This document shows, piece after piece, positions 20,993 to 31,048 of a DNA stretch of 62,045 bases. The notes below the pieces were generated by a model. The model was not told where the DNA came from. It ran no database searches and saw only the letters and a program-made list of their open reading frames with translations. Location: positions 1 through 62,045 of the forward strand of contig JAQBUT010000023.1 of the NCBI GenBank assembly GCA_027623195.1, written 5' to 3'. Position 1 is the stretch's first letter. Each line of letters starts with the position of its first letter. Made by a program: the position numbers and the translations under genes. The stretch is from Chloroflexota bacterium (lineage in GTDB: Bacteria > Chloroflexota > Dehalococcoidia > Lucifugimonadales > JADFKI01).

Positions 20993-21500
20993 TTAATAGA
21001 GCCAGCTTTTGTACTTTGGTGTGGCATCCTTCATGTCCTCATAAAGCCACGCCATGCGGTCGAGAAACCACATTTTGCCCACGTATATCAACATCGTGCC
21101 CAGGATGGTGGGCCAAATCTCCAGCGCGTATAGTCCCCAGACGAAAAACGGGACGCCGCTGGCCGTGACGATATTCAAGACGACTATGGGCCGCAGGTAA
21201 TGCTGCGGAATGGGAATCTCTTTTCTCTTTAGCCAAACTCTCTCGCCCAGCACTGCCTTGGAGCTCCCAGGACTTCGTAGTTTTCGGCTTGGCGAACGCC
21301 CTTGGGTTCAGCCAAGTCCAGAGCAATACGACTGCTACCGGTACAAGGCTGTACCAATCCAGCCACACGCGGCTCCATATGGCCAGCGCCAGGATGGGTA
21401 ATATGACGAACCGAGTCCATACACTCCACGGATTGGCATGGCGTGCCCACGTCTTTTCGTCCATCCTGAATAGAGAGGCTGATCTGTCTACAATACTCAT
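20993..21500 (-). pseudogene. DUF6653-like membrane protein, frameshifted
   Basis: N-half WARHANPWSVWTRF...NPRAF and C-half KAVLGERVWL...KMWFLDRMAWLY lie in different frames, with one extra base near 21262-21268. Confidence 0.75.
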
Positions 21501-21512
21501 GGCTTCTTTTAC

Positions 21513-22235
21513 CTAGCCCCGCCGGCGTTCCAGCACACGGCGTCCCCCGTCGATGAGTATGTTAGTTATCCATTCCGATTCCAGCACGTCGGTGACCATG
21601 CGCCGTCCAGCCCCACGTATTCGATCAGTCAGTTCCTGGGTTGCCCTTTCCACTTCCGGGTGACTAGGCTCGCCGGGGAAGCCTATGCCTTGCGAAAAAT
21701 CGTTGGGGCCGATGCCGAAGTAGTCGATGCCGTCCACTGCAAGAATCTCATCGATGTTGTCGATAGAACCCTGGTCCTCCAGCAGCGCGCCCACCAGCAT
21801 GTTGTCGTTGCAGTTCTGGTAGTAGGCCTTCAGGTCGGGGATGTCATGCCAGTAGTCCGTGCCTCGATTTGCGCCAAAGGAGCGCTCGCCCCGTGGCCCG
21901 AAGTAGCACGCGTTAACCAGCTTCTGGGCATCTTCTCTGGTGGCAATGTGCGGCCCGTAAATTCCTTGCACGCCGCGGTCCAGAAAGCGAAGGATTGTCG
22001 AGGCGTTAACGTCGGGCACCCGGGCGATGGTTGTTAGGCCAACCGACTCCGCCGTTCTGCAGATGTCCTCGATGTTCTCCAGTGTGAAAGGCCCGTGCTC
22101 GCCGTCCAGCCAGACGAAGTCGAAGTCCAGCATGCCTAGAATCTCCACGACGTGTGGTGACGGGAATATCAGGTTGAAGCCGTAGGCCACACGACCTTCC
22201 TGCATGGCTGCTATGACGCGGTTGCTCTGTTTCAT
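21513..22235 (-). CDS. HpcH/HpaI aldolase family protein
   Basis: FDFVWLDGEHG, IARVP, LDRG, P.GERSFG, IGPND. Confidence 0.88.
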   Translation of the reverse strand: MKQSNRVIAAMQEGRVAYGFNLIFPSPHVVEILGMLDFDFVWLDGEHGPFTLENIEDICRTAESVGLTTIARVPDVNASTILRFLDRGVQGIYGPHIATREDAQKLVNACYFGPRGERSFGANRGTDYWHDIPDLKAYYQNCNDNMLVGALLEDQGSIDNIDEILAVDGIDYFGIGPNDFSQGIGFPGEPSHPEVERATQELTDRIRGAGRRMVTDVLESEWITNILIDGGRRVLERRRG

Positions 22236-22410
22236 TGTTTTTGAATCTCCCTTGTTTGGTTATGGATATGGCGATGGCGTTCTGGCTCCCAGGCATCAAC
22301 GTCGGGGAGTACTGGGGTAAGATACCGCTGGTATTCTAACCTTTTTCGAAAAGCCAGCGAGCCAAATTGCTTGCGGCACTGCTACACAAGAAAATTCGGA
22401 GGGACAAAAA

Positions 22411-22797
22411 ATGGAAATCGTCAGGAAGAATTATCCAGAAATTCCGGTGACGGGGTCGCCGCACTTCCATTCGGTGAGGGCGGGCAACATGCTGTTCCTG
22501 GCCGGGGCCACTGCCAAGATGACCGACGCTGAGTTCGGCAACATCGGCGAGCAGACCGACGTTATCCTGAAGCGGATTCAGCACATCATGGAGGCAGAAG
22601 GCGGCACGCTGGACAACGTGGTGAAGATCACCAACTTCGTCACGGATGTGTCGGCTGAGGCCAAGAAGCAGACACAAGAAATCCGCGTGAGATACTTCGG
22701 CGAGAACCTACCGGCCAGCACCCGCGTGCAGGTGGCCGGCCTGGACCTGCCCCACCTCAAGATCGAGATAGAAGCGATTGCGGTGTTTAGGGAGTAG
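22411..22797 (+). CDS. RidA/YjgF family protein (Arg-less variant)
   Basis: LFLAG, NVVKITNFV, PAST.V.V..L, IEIEAIA. Confidence 0.85.
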   Translation: MEIVRKNYPEIPVTGSPHFHSVRAGNMLFLAGATAKMTDAEFGNIGEQTDVILKRIQHIMEAEGGTLDNVVKITNFVTDVSAEAKKQTQEIRVRYFGENLPASTRVQVAGLDLPHLKIEIEAIAVFRE

Positions 22798-22805
22798 GTC
22801 GAACT

Positions 22806-24074
22806 CTATCCCAGCGCCGCATCCACCTTATTTAGCGCATCGGCCATTAGCCTGGCGTGCTCCACCGAGAGGTTCATGTGGAAATCGAAGCGGATACTAC
22901 GGCCTAGTAGCGACAACGTCTGCGGACACATGTCTTTGGAATACTCGACGCTGCCTTTGTATGCAGGGTCCTTCCAGGGATAGCCCGTCGGGTGCGGCGA
23001 CTGCTTATTTAGAATGGAATCCCAGTCGCTGTAGATGTGGCGGTCGGGAATGCCTTCGTTGTAAATGGTGGCGGCAGGCACGCCCTCGGCCTCAAGGGCC
23101 AGCGCGTATCCTCTGGCAAGCTCTGCGTCGTGGACAATGATCGAGGCCGCAACGCCAACGTCTCCCTGCGGGTCGTCTATGTGCTGCAGCTTGTAGCCTC
23201 TGGCCTCATCTAGTGCGCCTAAGAACGCGTTCTTGAGCGCCCGTTGGTGGTCGAGAACCGTGTCCAGCTTGTGCAGTTGGGCCCTGCCAATGGCAGCAGT
23301 GATCTCGCTGGGACGGTAGGTCTGAGACGAAAACGGTGGGTTTTGCCAGCCGTCGCCGGAAGACTTCGTCCACATGGGGAAGCCAGGGTCGGATGCGAAG
23401 CAGGCCCGCTCGTAGATGTCCCGGTCGTTGGTGAATACCAGGCCGCCCTCGCCGGAGCTAATCGTCTTGTAGTAGTTCAGGCTCCAGGTGCCTACGTCCC
23501 CATACGTCCCCACGGGCCTCCCTTTATATGATCCGCCCACGCACTGGCAGGAGTCCTCGACTACTCTTAGATTGTAGGCACGGGCAACTTCCAGAAGAGC
23601 GTCGAGTCTCGCAGGCGTGCCACGCATGTGCACTGGAACAACGGCCTTGGTATGCGGCGTTATCTTGCGGGCAAAGTCTGCGGGATCCATCCCCAGAGAG
23701 TCGTCCACTTCGGCGATAACTGGCACTGCGCCCGCCGCCACCACAGCCGAGGCGGTAGCAATGTAGGTGTAGCCGGGCACGATTACCTCGTCGCCAGGAC
23801 CTACGCCAACGCCGACGAGAGCGCAAATCAGGGCACTGGTGCCGGAGTTGACCATTACCGCGTACTTGACGCCCAGCATTTCGGCTGCTTCCTTCTCGAA
23901 CGCGGCCGTCTCGCTGTTTTCCGAGTACCTGAACAGTTGCTGGCGACGCAACAGGTCCGTAACAATGTCGATCTCTTCGTCGCCGACGATGCTTGGACCC
24001 GAAACCCCGGTAGGGAGTGGATCCGAGATCACTGGAGTTCCGCCGTCTATAGCCAGTTTTCCATGCTGATTCAA
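22806..24074 (-). CDS. DegT/DnrJ/EryC1/StrS PLP-dependent aminotransferase
   Basis: VNSGTSAL, GDEVIVP, VEDSCQ, SLNYYKTISSGEGG (PLP lysine). Confidence 0.9.
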   Translation of the reverse strand: MNQHGKLAIDGGTPVISDPLPTGVSGPSIVGDEEIDIVTDLLRRQQLFRYSENSETAAFEKEAAEMLGVKYAVMVNSGTSALICALVGVGVGPGDEVIVPGYTYIATASAVVAAGAVPVIAEVDDSLGMDPADFARKITPHTKAVVPVHMRGTPARLDALLEVARAYNLRVVEDSCQCVGGSYKGRPVGTYGDVGTWSLNYYKTISSGEGGLVFTNDRDIYERACFASDPGFPMWTKSSGDGWQNPPFSSQTYRPSEITAAIGRAQLHKLDTVLDHQRALKNAFLGALDEARGYKLQHIDDPQGDVGVAASIIVHDAELARGYALALEAEGVPAATIYNEGIPDRHIYSDWDSILNKQSPHPTGYPWKDPAYKGSVEYSKDMCPQTLSLLGRSIRFDFHMNLSVEHARLMADALNKVDAALG

Positions 24075-24182
24075 TATATGTCTCCGTGGCCGAATAGAGA
24101 TGGCAGCCGATGCTGGAAATTACATGGGCATGACTAAGTAGCCACGCCCATGCTTTTTGCTGCCTGCGTTTGCGCCGGTCGC

Positions 24183-25385
24183 TTAGTCGCCCGTGACTTC
24201 GGCCTTTGCTTTTTCCGCCGCGCGGAATCTTGGGAAGACCTCTTTGCCGAACAACTCGATGGAGCTCATCACTTTTTCGTGAGGGATTGTCTCCGTCTGA
24301 ATGATCATCATTACCTGATCGACGCCGATGTCCTCGTACATCTGGATAGCCTTTGCGCAGCTATCGGGGTCGCCCGCGATGATTACGCCACGGTCCGCCA
24401 ATGTGTTGGGGTCGAGACCGGCGATGGCGGCTCGCGCCGCGCCGGGACCGGAGTCCAGCGAAATCCCAGCCTGCTCGGCCTGCTCCTTGTGCGCCTCGTC
24501 TGACTGGCGTATCCAGCGGCCGAAGTCGGCTTGCAGGTGGTCGGGAACGCCTCCCCAAGCCTCTAGCAGCTCCTCGTATGCGCCGATTCGCCCGGCGATG
24601 TAGGGCTTGTCCGGACCGAAGAACGCCTTCATGGAATCTGCTGCCAGCGTTCGGGCCTCGTCGTTGTCTGTTCCGCAGTATGCATGAACGTTGTTGCCCC
24701 AGAAGTTGGTTACGAACGCCCCGACTGGTTTGGCGTTCTTAATGTGCTCCCTGTAGACCTTTACATGCTCCGCCAGTATAGAGGTGGCGTAAGATGCAGA
24801 CGAGAGTACCCCTATGCCTCGCTCAGCTGCCAGCTTGAAGCTCTCGGTCTGGGTGCAGGCCAGGTACATACGGGGGTGTGGCTTCTGGAATGGCTTGGGG
24901 AGCACGCGCCTGGGCGGGACCTGCCAGTACTTGCCCTCCCACGAGAATTCGTCTGACTGCCATATCTTCGGCAGCATGGCCAGGGACTCCTCCCACATCT
25001 CCCGCGTGTCTCGGGGGTCCACGCCAAGGCCCATCTGCTCATAGGCGTTGGAACGCCCTGTTCCGAACTCCACCCGACCGTCGGTCAGCTGGTCAACCAT
25101 AGCAACCCGCTCTGCGATTCTCACCGGGTGCGCGTGAGGAAGAATGGATACGCCGAAGCCGATTCTGATCTGCTTGGTAATCTGGCTCAGCGCCCCGAAC
25201 AACACCTCTGGGCAGGGAGATCCGGAAAAGCCCGTAAGGAAGTGATGCTCGACGAACCATAGGTTGTCGAAGCCAACCTGGTCGGCCAACTGGCACTGCT
25301 CGAGGGTCTCCTTGTACAAGGTGTTCCAGTCGACCTCCGTGCCCTCGAATGGGCGTTGCGTTTCGTAAAGCAAGCCGAACTTCAT
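24183..25385 (-). CDS. Luciferase-like (LLM-class) flavin-dependent monooxygenase
   Basis: MKFGL start with AGGAG RBS, WFVEHHF, HPVRIAERVAMVD, GRVEFGTGR, PKPFQKPHP. Confidence 0.92.
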   Translation of the reverse strand: MKFGLLYETQRPFEGTEVDWNTLYKETLEQCQLADQVGFDNLWFVEHHFLTGFSGSPCPEVLFGALSQITKQIRIGFGVSILPHAHPVRIAERVAMVDQLTDGRVEFGTGRSNAYEQMGLGVDPRDTREMWEESLAMLPKIWQSDEFSWEGKYWQVPPRRVLPKPFQKPHPRMYLACTQTESFKLAAERGIGVLSSASYATSILAEHVKVYREHIKNAKPVGAFVTNFWGNNVHAYCGTDNDEARTLAADSMKAFFGPDKPYIAGRIGAYEELLEAWGGVPDHLQADFGRWIRQSDEAHKEQAEQAGISLDSGPGAARAAIAGLDPNTLADRGVIIAGDPDSCAKAIQMYEDIGVDQVMMIIQTETIPHEKVMSSIELFGKEVFPRFRAAEKAKAEVTGD

Positions 25386-25636
25386 GTCTTCACTCCTTTT
25401 CTTGGCCCAGCCTGGTTTTGGCGGCATTATACGCACAGTGGCGGGGAAAAATGAATGGGTAGGATAATCGGCGAGCATTTCATTACTAGGAATTCCTACA
25501 TTTGTGGGCGTGCCTGTGGTATCATCGGCTTTAAATCGCTTTTAGACTTTTATATAAAACTTGCACTCGAGATTAAGGCCCGCGTCCTTTGGCAAACACT
25601 GCAAATTGAAGACATGGGCGTATAGAGGGATGACTG

Positions 25637-26989
25637 TTGGCAAACGTAATCGATCTCAACCTACCATCTCGGCTGATAAATAAGGCTAATTTCCACTACG
25701 CATGGGTTATCGTTGCCACGCTGGCCCTGGTGCAGGTGGTGGCGCTGTCCATCAATTTCGCCGGCGGTGTGTTGGTGCAACCCCTCTCCGACTCGGAGGG
25801 GCAGTTCGGCTTTAGCCTCACTAGCATAGGGGCAGCGTTTGGCCTTTACTTCGTAACCGCTGCGGTCCTGGCTCCTGTGGCCGGTTGGTTGGGGGACCGC
25901 TACGGCGCGCGTAAGATGATGATTTTGGGCGCGGTATGGTACTGCTCGGTGTTGGTGGCGGTGGCATACATGAACACCTCGTGGCAGCTACTGCTTACCT
26001 TCGGAGTGCTACGCGGCGCGGTGCAATCCATTTTCATGGTGCCCCTTATGGCGGCTGTGGCTGGATGGTTCCGTCGCCAACTCGGCCTGGGAACGGGAAT
26101 ACTTTGGGCTGCTTCTGGCGTTGGCCCGTTTGTGATGGCGCCTCTGCTTGGAAACATGGTAGTCGGTATCGGCTGGCATTCGACGTTTCTCATCCTTGCT
26201 ACCGCAGCGGGCATAATCCTAATCACACTGACCCTGTTCTTTCGGGACAGACCCGAGGACCTGGGCATCAAACCTTACGGTATGGGGGATGATGAGCCGT
26301 TTCAGGCTCGTTTAGCCTCCAATATTGAACAGATGAGGGCGAAGGTATTCAATAGCCACGTCAGGCGCACGCGGGCGTTCTGGAACCTTCCCGCAATTCA
26401 TGGTCTAGGTTGCGCCGGTCACGGCATCGTCATGGTGTTTACCGTGCCGCTGGCCGTGCAACGTGGCATGGCCTTAACCGACGCCGCGTGGATTCTAGGA
26501 ATCATATCGCTGGTCAGCATTTCCAGCAGGCTGCTTACGCCGATTCTGGCAGAGCGACACGGCACCAAAAGAGTTATGGCCACCTGTCTCGCCATACAGG
26601 GATTGGCGGTCATATACCTGTTCTTCGCCCAAAGTCCACTGGAATTCTATATATTCGCAGCGATATTCGGGGTTGGCTTCGGAGGTGAATGGACTGGGTA
26701 CCTGGTTATCAACAGGCAGTACTACGGCACAGGACCGCTTGGCAGGGTTTACGGATGGCAGATGTCCGGCGCATTGCTGGGCCATGCATTCGTGAGCATG
26801 GTGGCTGGCGTTATGCTCGACCTCACCGGCACGTATAACTCCATCATCGTCCTGTCGATTATCGCAAGTCTTGCGGGAGCGGTGGTCACCATTTTGTTGG
26901 AGCCTACATCGCACATGATAATCGGCGACTGGGAGGAGTCCCTTCCTGAAGAGGCCCGACCGGTGTTGTCGTCCGGCGTCGCCGACTGA
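25637..26989 (+). CDS. MFS transporter
   Basis: About 12 hydrophobic segments; GWLGDRYGARK motif A. Confidence 0.9.
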   Translation: MANVIDLNLPSRLINKANFHYAWVIVATLALVQVVALSINFAGGVLVQPLSDSEGQFGFSLTSIGAAFGLYFVTAAVLAPVAGWLGDRYGARKMMILGAVWYCSVLVAVAYMNTSWQLLLTFGVLRGAVQSIFMVPLMAAVAGWFRRQLGLGTGILWAASGVGPFVMAPLLGNMVVGIGWHSTFLILATAAGIILITLTLFFRDRPEDLGIKPYGMGDDEPFQARLASNIEQMRAKVFNSHVRRTRAFWNLPAIHGLGCAGHGIVMVFTVPLAVQRGMALTDAAWILGIISLVSISSRLLTPILAERHGTKRVMATCLAIQGLAVIYLFFAQSPLEFYIFAAIFGVGFGGEWTGYLVINRQYYGTGPLGRVYGWQMSGALLGHAFVSMVAGVMLDLTGTYNSIIVLSIIASLAGAVVTILLEPTSHMIIGDWEESLPEEARPVLSSGVAD

Positions 26990-27260
26990 TATTTTTGATT
27001 TACAGAACATTTAACCAGGTGCTTTTAGTGATATAGGGAAATGTTGTGTGACGGTATATGGTCCACCGTCGCATGACACCTATGGTTGCGCTGAAAATGT
27101 CGGACCGCCGTCTGCTTGAAGAAACATTGACAGCCTTTGCGGCCGTCGTCTAATCTTCAAAACACCGTCTAACGCATTAATTCCACGCAAATACCCCCCA
27201 TCGTCAATTTGGACACTATGTCTAAGTGCTTTGAGCGGACTTTGCGTTGTGGAGGATGAA

Positions 27261-28346
27261 ATGGTCAACGAAGTACGAGGAGTCATCGCCCGTGAGAAGG
27301 GCGCAGCCGTCACTGTTGAAACTGTGCTGGTACCGGACCCTAATCCCGGCGAAGCGCTTGTCCGCGTTCAGGCGTGCGGCGTTTGCCATACGGACCTGCA
27401 TTACCGCGAGGGAGCAATCAATAACGATTTCCCATTTCTGCTGGGCCATGAGGCTGCTGGCGTTGTGGAGAAGGTCGGCGGCGGTGTCACCAACGTGGTG
27501 CCTGGCGACTTCGTGATACTTGCATGGCGTGCCCCTTGTGGGACATGCCGCTCATGCCTGCGAGGCAAGCCGTGGTACTGCTTCGCCAGTCGCAACGCGG
27601 CCCAGCCTATGACGCTGGCCGACGGCACGAAGCTATCCCCTGCGTTGGGCATAGGCTCATTTGCCGAGTTGACGCTGGTGGACGCTGGACAGGCCGTCAA
27701 GGTGGATGCCCGTGCTGGGGCTGCGGTTGCTGGCCTTATAGGGTGCGGCGTGATGGCGGGCCTTGGCGCGGCCATGAACACTGGCAACGTATCTCGTGGC
27801 GACTCTGTGGCGGTGTTCGGGTGCGGCGGCGTGGGCGATGCTGCCATTGCCGGGTCCCGCCTGGCGGGGGCGCATACCATCATCGCAGTGGACATCGACG
27901 ACCGAAAGCTGGAGTGGGCCAAGGAGTTCGGGGCGACCCATACCGTCAACTCATCATCTACGGATGCTGTGGAGGCTGTACGGAAGCTTACCGGAGGCAA
28001 CGGCGTGGACGTGGCCATAGAGGCTGTGGGCTTGCCCCAAACCTATGAACAGGCCTTCTACGCGAGGGACCATGCCGGCACTGTGGTGCTTGTGGGCGTG
28101 CCCAGCCCGGAAATGAAGATCGAGTTGCCACTGTTGGAAGTGTTCGGACGCGGCGGATCGCTCAAGTCCTCGTGGTACGGAGACTGCCTTCCGACGCGAG
28201 ACTTTCCCATGCTAATCGACCTCTACTTGCAGGGCAGGCTGCCTTTAGAAAAATTCGTCAGCGAGACCATTAGCATCGACGACGTGGAGGAGGCATTCCA
28301 CAAGATGGAGCGCGGCGAGGTGCTGCGCTCGGTGGTGGAGTTCTAG
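27261..28346 (+). CDS. mscR: S-(hydroxymethyl)mycothiol dehydrogenase-like Zn-dependent dehydrogenase
   Basis: [59 protein letters not shown] match the actinobacterial MscR family as I recall it; GGAGG RBS. Confidence 0.85.
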   Translation: MVNEVRGVIAREKGAAVTVETVLVPDPNPGEALVRVQACGVCHTDLHYREGAINNDFPFLLGHEAAGVVEKVGGGVTNVVPGDFVILAWRAPCGTCRSCLRGKPWYCFASRNAAQPMTLADGTKLSPALGIGSFAELTLVDAGQAVKVDARAGAAVAGLIGCGVMAGLGAAMNTGNVSRGDSVAVFGCGGVGDAAIAGSRLAGAHTIIAVDIDDRKLEWAKEFGATHTVNSSSTDAVEAVRKLTGGNGVDVAIEAVGLPQTYEQAFYARDHAGTVVLVGVPSPEMKIELPLLEVFGRGGSLKSSWYGDCLPTRDFPMLIDLYLQGRLPLEKFVSETISIDDVEEAFHKMERGEVLRSVVEF

Positions 28347-28455
28347 GCTTCCTGCGCCAACCCTGGCCTTATGGCCGAACTGGGTGTGGCCGTTGGTGCC
28401 GTGGCTTAACAGCTAACGTCCACGCGGTCTTGCCGACGCCCCCGTAGGTGCCTGC

Positions 28456-29763
28456 CTATTCTAGCTCCCTGATGCGGTGGGAGACCATGTAGGCGGCGGT
28501 ACCCGCAAACATGCCAATGATCCCCATCACGGCCAGAACGATTGATACCGAGAATACACCGGCGAGCCAGCCAATAAGCATGCTCGACACCACCACGAAG
28601 CCCATGCTGTACCTCTGGAGGGTTGTGACGCGGCCGCGCATCTCGTCGGGCACTAACAACTGGATTAACGTGCCGTTCGTTGTGCGGAACAGCGTTTGGC
28701 TTGCCGCGTAAAGCATGATCAGGAAGAACGCCAGCGGCAAAATGACCGCGTGGGAGAAGAGCAACACAAGGCCCGAACTGATGATGGCCGTGACAAGCAC
28801 GATCTTGCCTTTGGGGAAGACGAATCCAAAGGAAGCGGTGAGGAGCGCCATCATCATGCCGCCAAAGCCGTTGATGGCGAGGAAGAACCCTCCAACCTCC
28901 GGCCCTCGCCTCAGCACCTCATCGGTGAACACAGGCAGCAGGAACATCAGCGGCTGCAGAAGTGTGTTGGGTAGCAGGCTCAATGCAGTCAGGTAAATGA
29001 TTACCCGGTTGTCCCTCCAAATGTACATGAAGCCCTCGATGAGGTCCACGAGAATAGACTGGCCCTGCGCGATCTTACGCGGTGTGTAGTAGGGCATTTT
29101 CATACGTATGAGCACAAGTACGTTAGCTGCGTACAGAAGCGACTCCATGGTGAAGTTCCAGAAGAAGCCCAGCGTCGCAATCAGGATTCCGCCGATGAAC
29201 GGGCCTATCATACGGGTGCCGGGTATGGTAATAACGTTGGTGGCGTAGGCGTTGCCCAGCGATTCCCTTGGCACGACGTTGGCAATCATGGCCTGTCGCA
29301 TGGGCTGAGTTATGGTGATGCAGATGCCGCTGACCAGAACGTATATGTACGCGTGCCAAACGGTGACCATTCGCGCGCCCACCATGAAGGCGAAAAACAT
29401 GGCGAAAATGGCCATAAATATCTGAAGCCGTATGACCAGCTTACGTCGGTCCACGCGGTCGCCTATGACGCCTGCTATGGGGCCAAAGAAGAGGCCGGGC
29501 AGGGTATTCAGTCCGCCCACCGTGACAACCAGGAGCGCCGACGAGGAAGAGCCAACCGTCAGGCTTCGCACCAGCCATCCGATGGACAGGAGTTGGAGCC
29601 ACTGGGCGCTGTTGGCACAGAAATTGCCGATGAACAGCAGTCTGTAGTCCGGGTATGCCGAGAGCGAGTCGAAGGTCTGCAGCCGGGGCAGGCGTCTCCT
29701 TCGACGGGGGGCGGGCTGGCTTTCGCCTTCGTCCGCCACGTCGGGTGGGTTCATACGGACCAT
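28456..29763 (-). CDS. MFS transporter (MFS_3-like)
   Basis: GVIGDRVDRRK motif, about 12 TM segments, VPDEMRGRV; coupled to the upstream enolase gene. Confidence 0.88.
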   Translation of the reverse strand: MVRMNPPDVADEGESQPAPRRRRRLPRLQTFDSLSAYPDYRLLFIGNFCANSAQWLQLLSIGWLVRSLTVGSSSSALLVVTVGGLNTLPGLFFGPIAGVIGDRVDRRKLVIRLQIFMAIFAMFFAFMVGARMVTVWHAYIYVLVSGICITITQPMRQAMIANVVPRESLGNAYATNVITIPGTRMIGPFIGGILIATLGFFWNFTMESLLYAANVLVLIRMKMPYYTPRKIAQGQSILVDLIEGFMYIWRDNRVIIYLTALSLLPNTLLQPLMFLLPVFTDEVLRRGPEVGGFFLAINGFGGMMMALLTASFGFVFPKGKIVLVTAIISSGLVLLFSHAVILPLAFFLIMLYAASQTLFRTTNGTLIQLLVPDEMRGRVTTLQRYSMGFVVVSSMLIGWLAGVFSVSIVLAVMGIIGMFAGTAAYMVSHRIRELE

Positions 29764-30854
29764 TGCTCCACGGCGGCGGGGTTCAACTCCAGACCCAGCC
29801 CGGGCCTATCGGGGTAGGGCGCCCACATGCCGTTCTCTTGCTGGGGAAACTCCGTGTACCAGATTTGGTCGCACTCCAGAGCCGTGTTCATATACTCCAC
29901 AACCTTGAGGTTGGGAGTGGCGCAGGCCAGGTGTAGGTGGACCAGTTGCACCGCATGCGGGGCTACCGGAAGGTTGAAGGCGTGGGCCAAATGCGCCACC
30001 TTCATCCACTCCGTAATGCCGCCTACTCTGCCTACGTCGGGCTGCACGATGTCAACTCCGCCCAGAGATATAAGCTCGCGGAACCCGTATTTGGTGTACT
30101 CGTGCTCGCCGGTGGCCACAGGGATATTGATGGCATGCGCCACCTCTGCCATGCCCTGAATGTCGTCTGCCAGCAGAGGCTCCTCAAACCAGCCGACCTG
30201 GTACTGCTCGAACTCCTTGGCCATGTAGATGGCCTGTTTCGCGTAGTAGCCGTTGTTGGCGTCGATGTAAATCGCCACGTCGTCGCCGACAGCCTTGCGC
30301 ACTGCTGCCAGCCTCTGGATGTCCTCGCGCTCGGACTTGCCGAAGTCCTTGCCAACCTTCATTTTTACCCGAGGGATGCCCTGACCAACGTAGTCGGTCA
30401 TCTCGCGCACCAACTCGGTCTCGTTGAAGTTGGTCCAGCCGCCGCTGCCGTAGATGGGCACCGACTCCTGGTACGGCCCAAGCAGCTTGAACAGCGGCAC
30501 GCCCAGTGCCTTGGCCTTCAAGTCCCACAGGCCGATATCGACGGCGGACAGAGCGCAGAAGGCGATGCCCTTGCGTCCGTAGCCGCGCACGTGCCAGAAC
30601 ATGTCGTTCCAAAGCTGCTCGATGTTGAAGGGGTCTTTGCCTATAAGCAGGCCCTTGAAGCCCTCAACGACCTCGCGAACGCCCGGGGACGACTGGCCTA
30701 TGCCCAGGCCCTCAATGCCCTCGTCGGTGTGGATGTGGACGAAAAGCTGTCCCCGTCCGCTCGCGCCGGGTGGCGGCGTTGGGGTAGTGGAGTCTTGCAC
30801 TGGCTTGGCGTGAGGGTAGAAGAGTTGCGTGGTGGTAATGTCTGTAATTTTCAT
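29751..30854 (-). CDS. Mandelate racemase/muconate lactonizing enzyme family (enolase superfamily)
   Basis: SAVDIGLWDLKAKA, KMK, metal ligands DAN/EEP/GE, QPDV, PHA. Confidence 0.92.
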   Translation of the reverse strand: MKITDITTTQLFYPHAKPVQDSTTPTPPPGASGRGQLFVHIHTDEGIEGLGIGQSSPGVREVVEGFKGLLIGKDPFNIEQLWNDMFWHVRGYGRKGIAFCALSAVDIGLWDLKAKALGVPLFKLLGPYQESVPIYGSGGWTNFNETELVREMTDYVGQGIPRVKMKVGKDFGKSEREDIQRLAAVRKAVGDDVAIYIDANNGYYAKQAIYMAKEFEQYQVGWFEEPLLADDIQGMAEVAHAINIPVATGEHEYTKYGFRELISLGGVDIVQPDVGRVGGITEWMKVAHLAHAFNLPVAPHAVQLVHLHLACATPNLKVVEYMNTALECDQIWYTEFPQQENGMWAPYPDRPGLGLELNPAAVEQWSV

Positions 30855-31048
30855 TCAAGGTTCGCCTTTTGTCAGTTATTCACATGGTAAGAAATCAGGA
30901 ATTTCAACTGTGAAGTATATCACCGTTGAGTGGGCAAAGCTGCCCTTAACGCCCACCCACAGGTAACAATTCGGCGCGCAGTTTGACCGCACCTGATGGT
31001 GACCGGACCGCCATGTGCTGTTGTACGTCCCTGAACCGGTCGGGCTAC

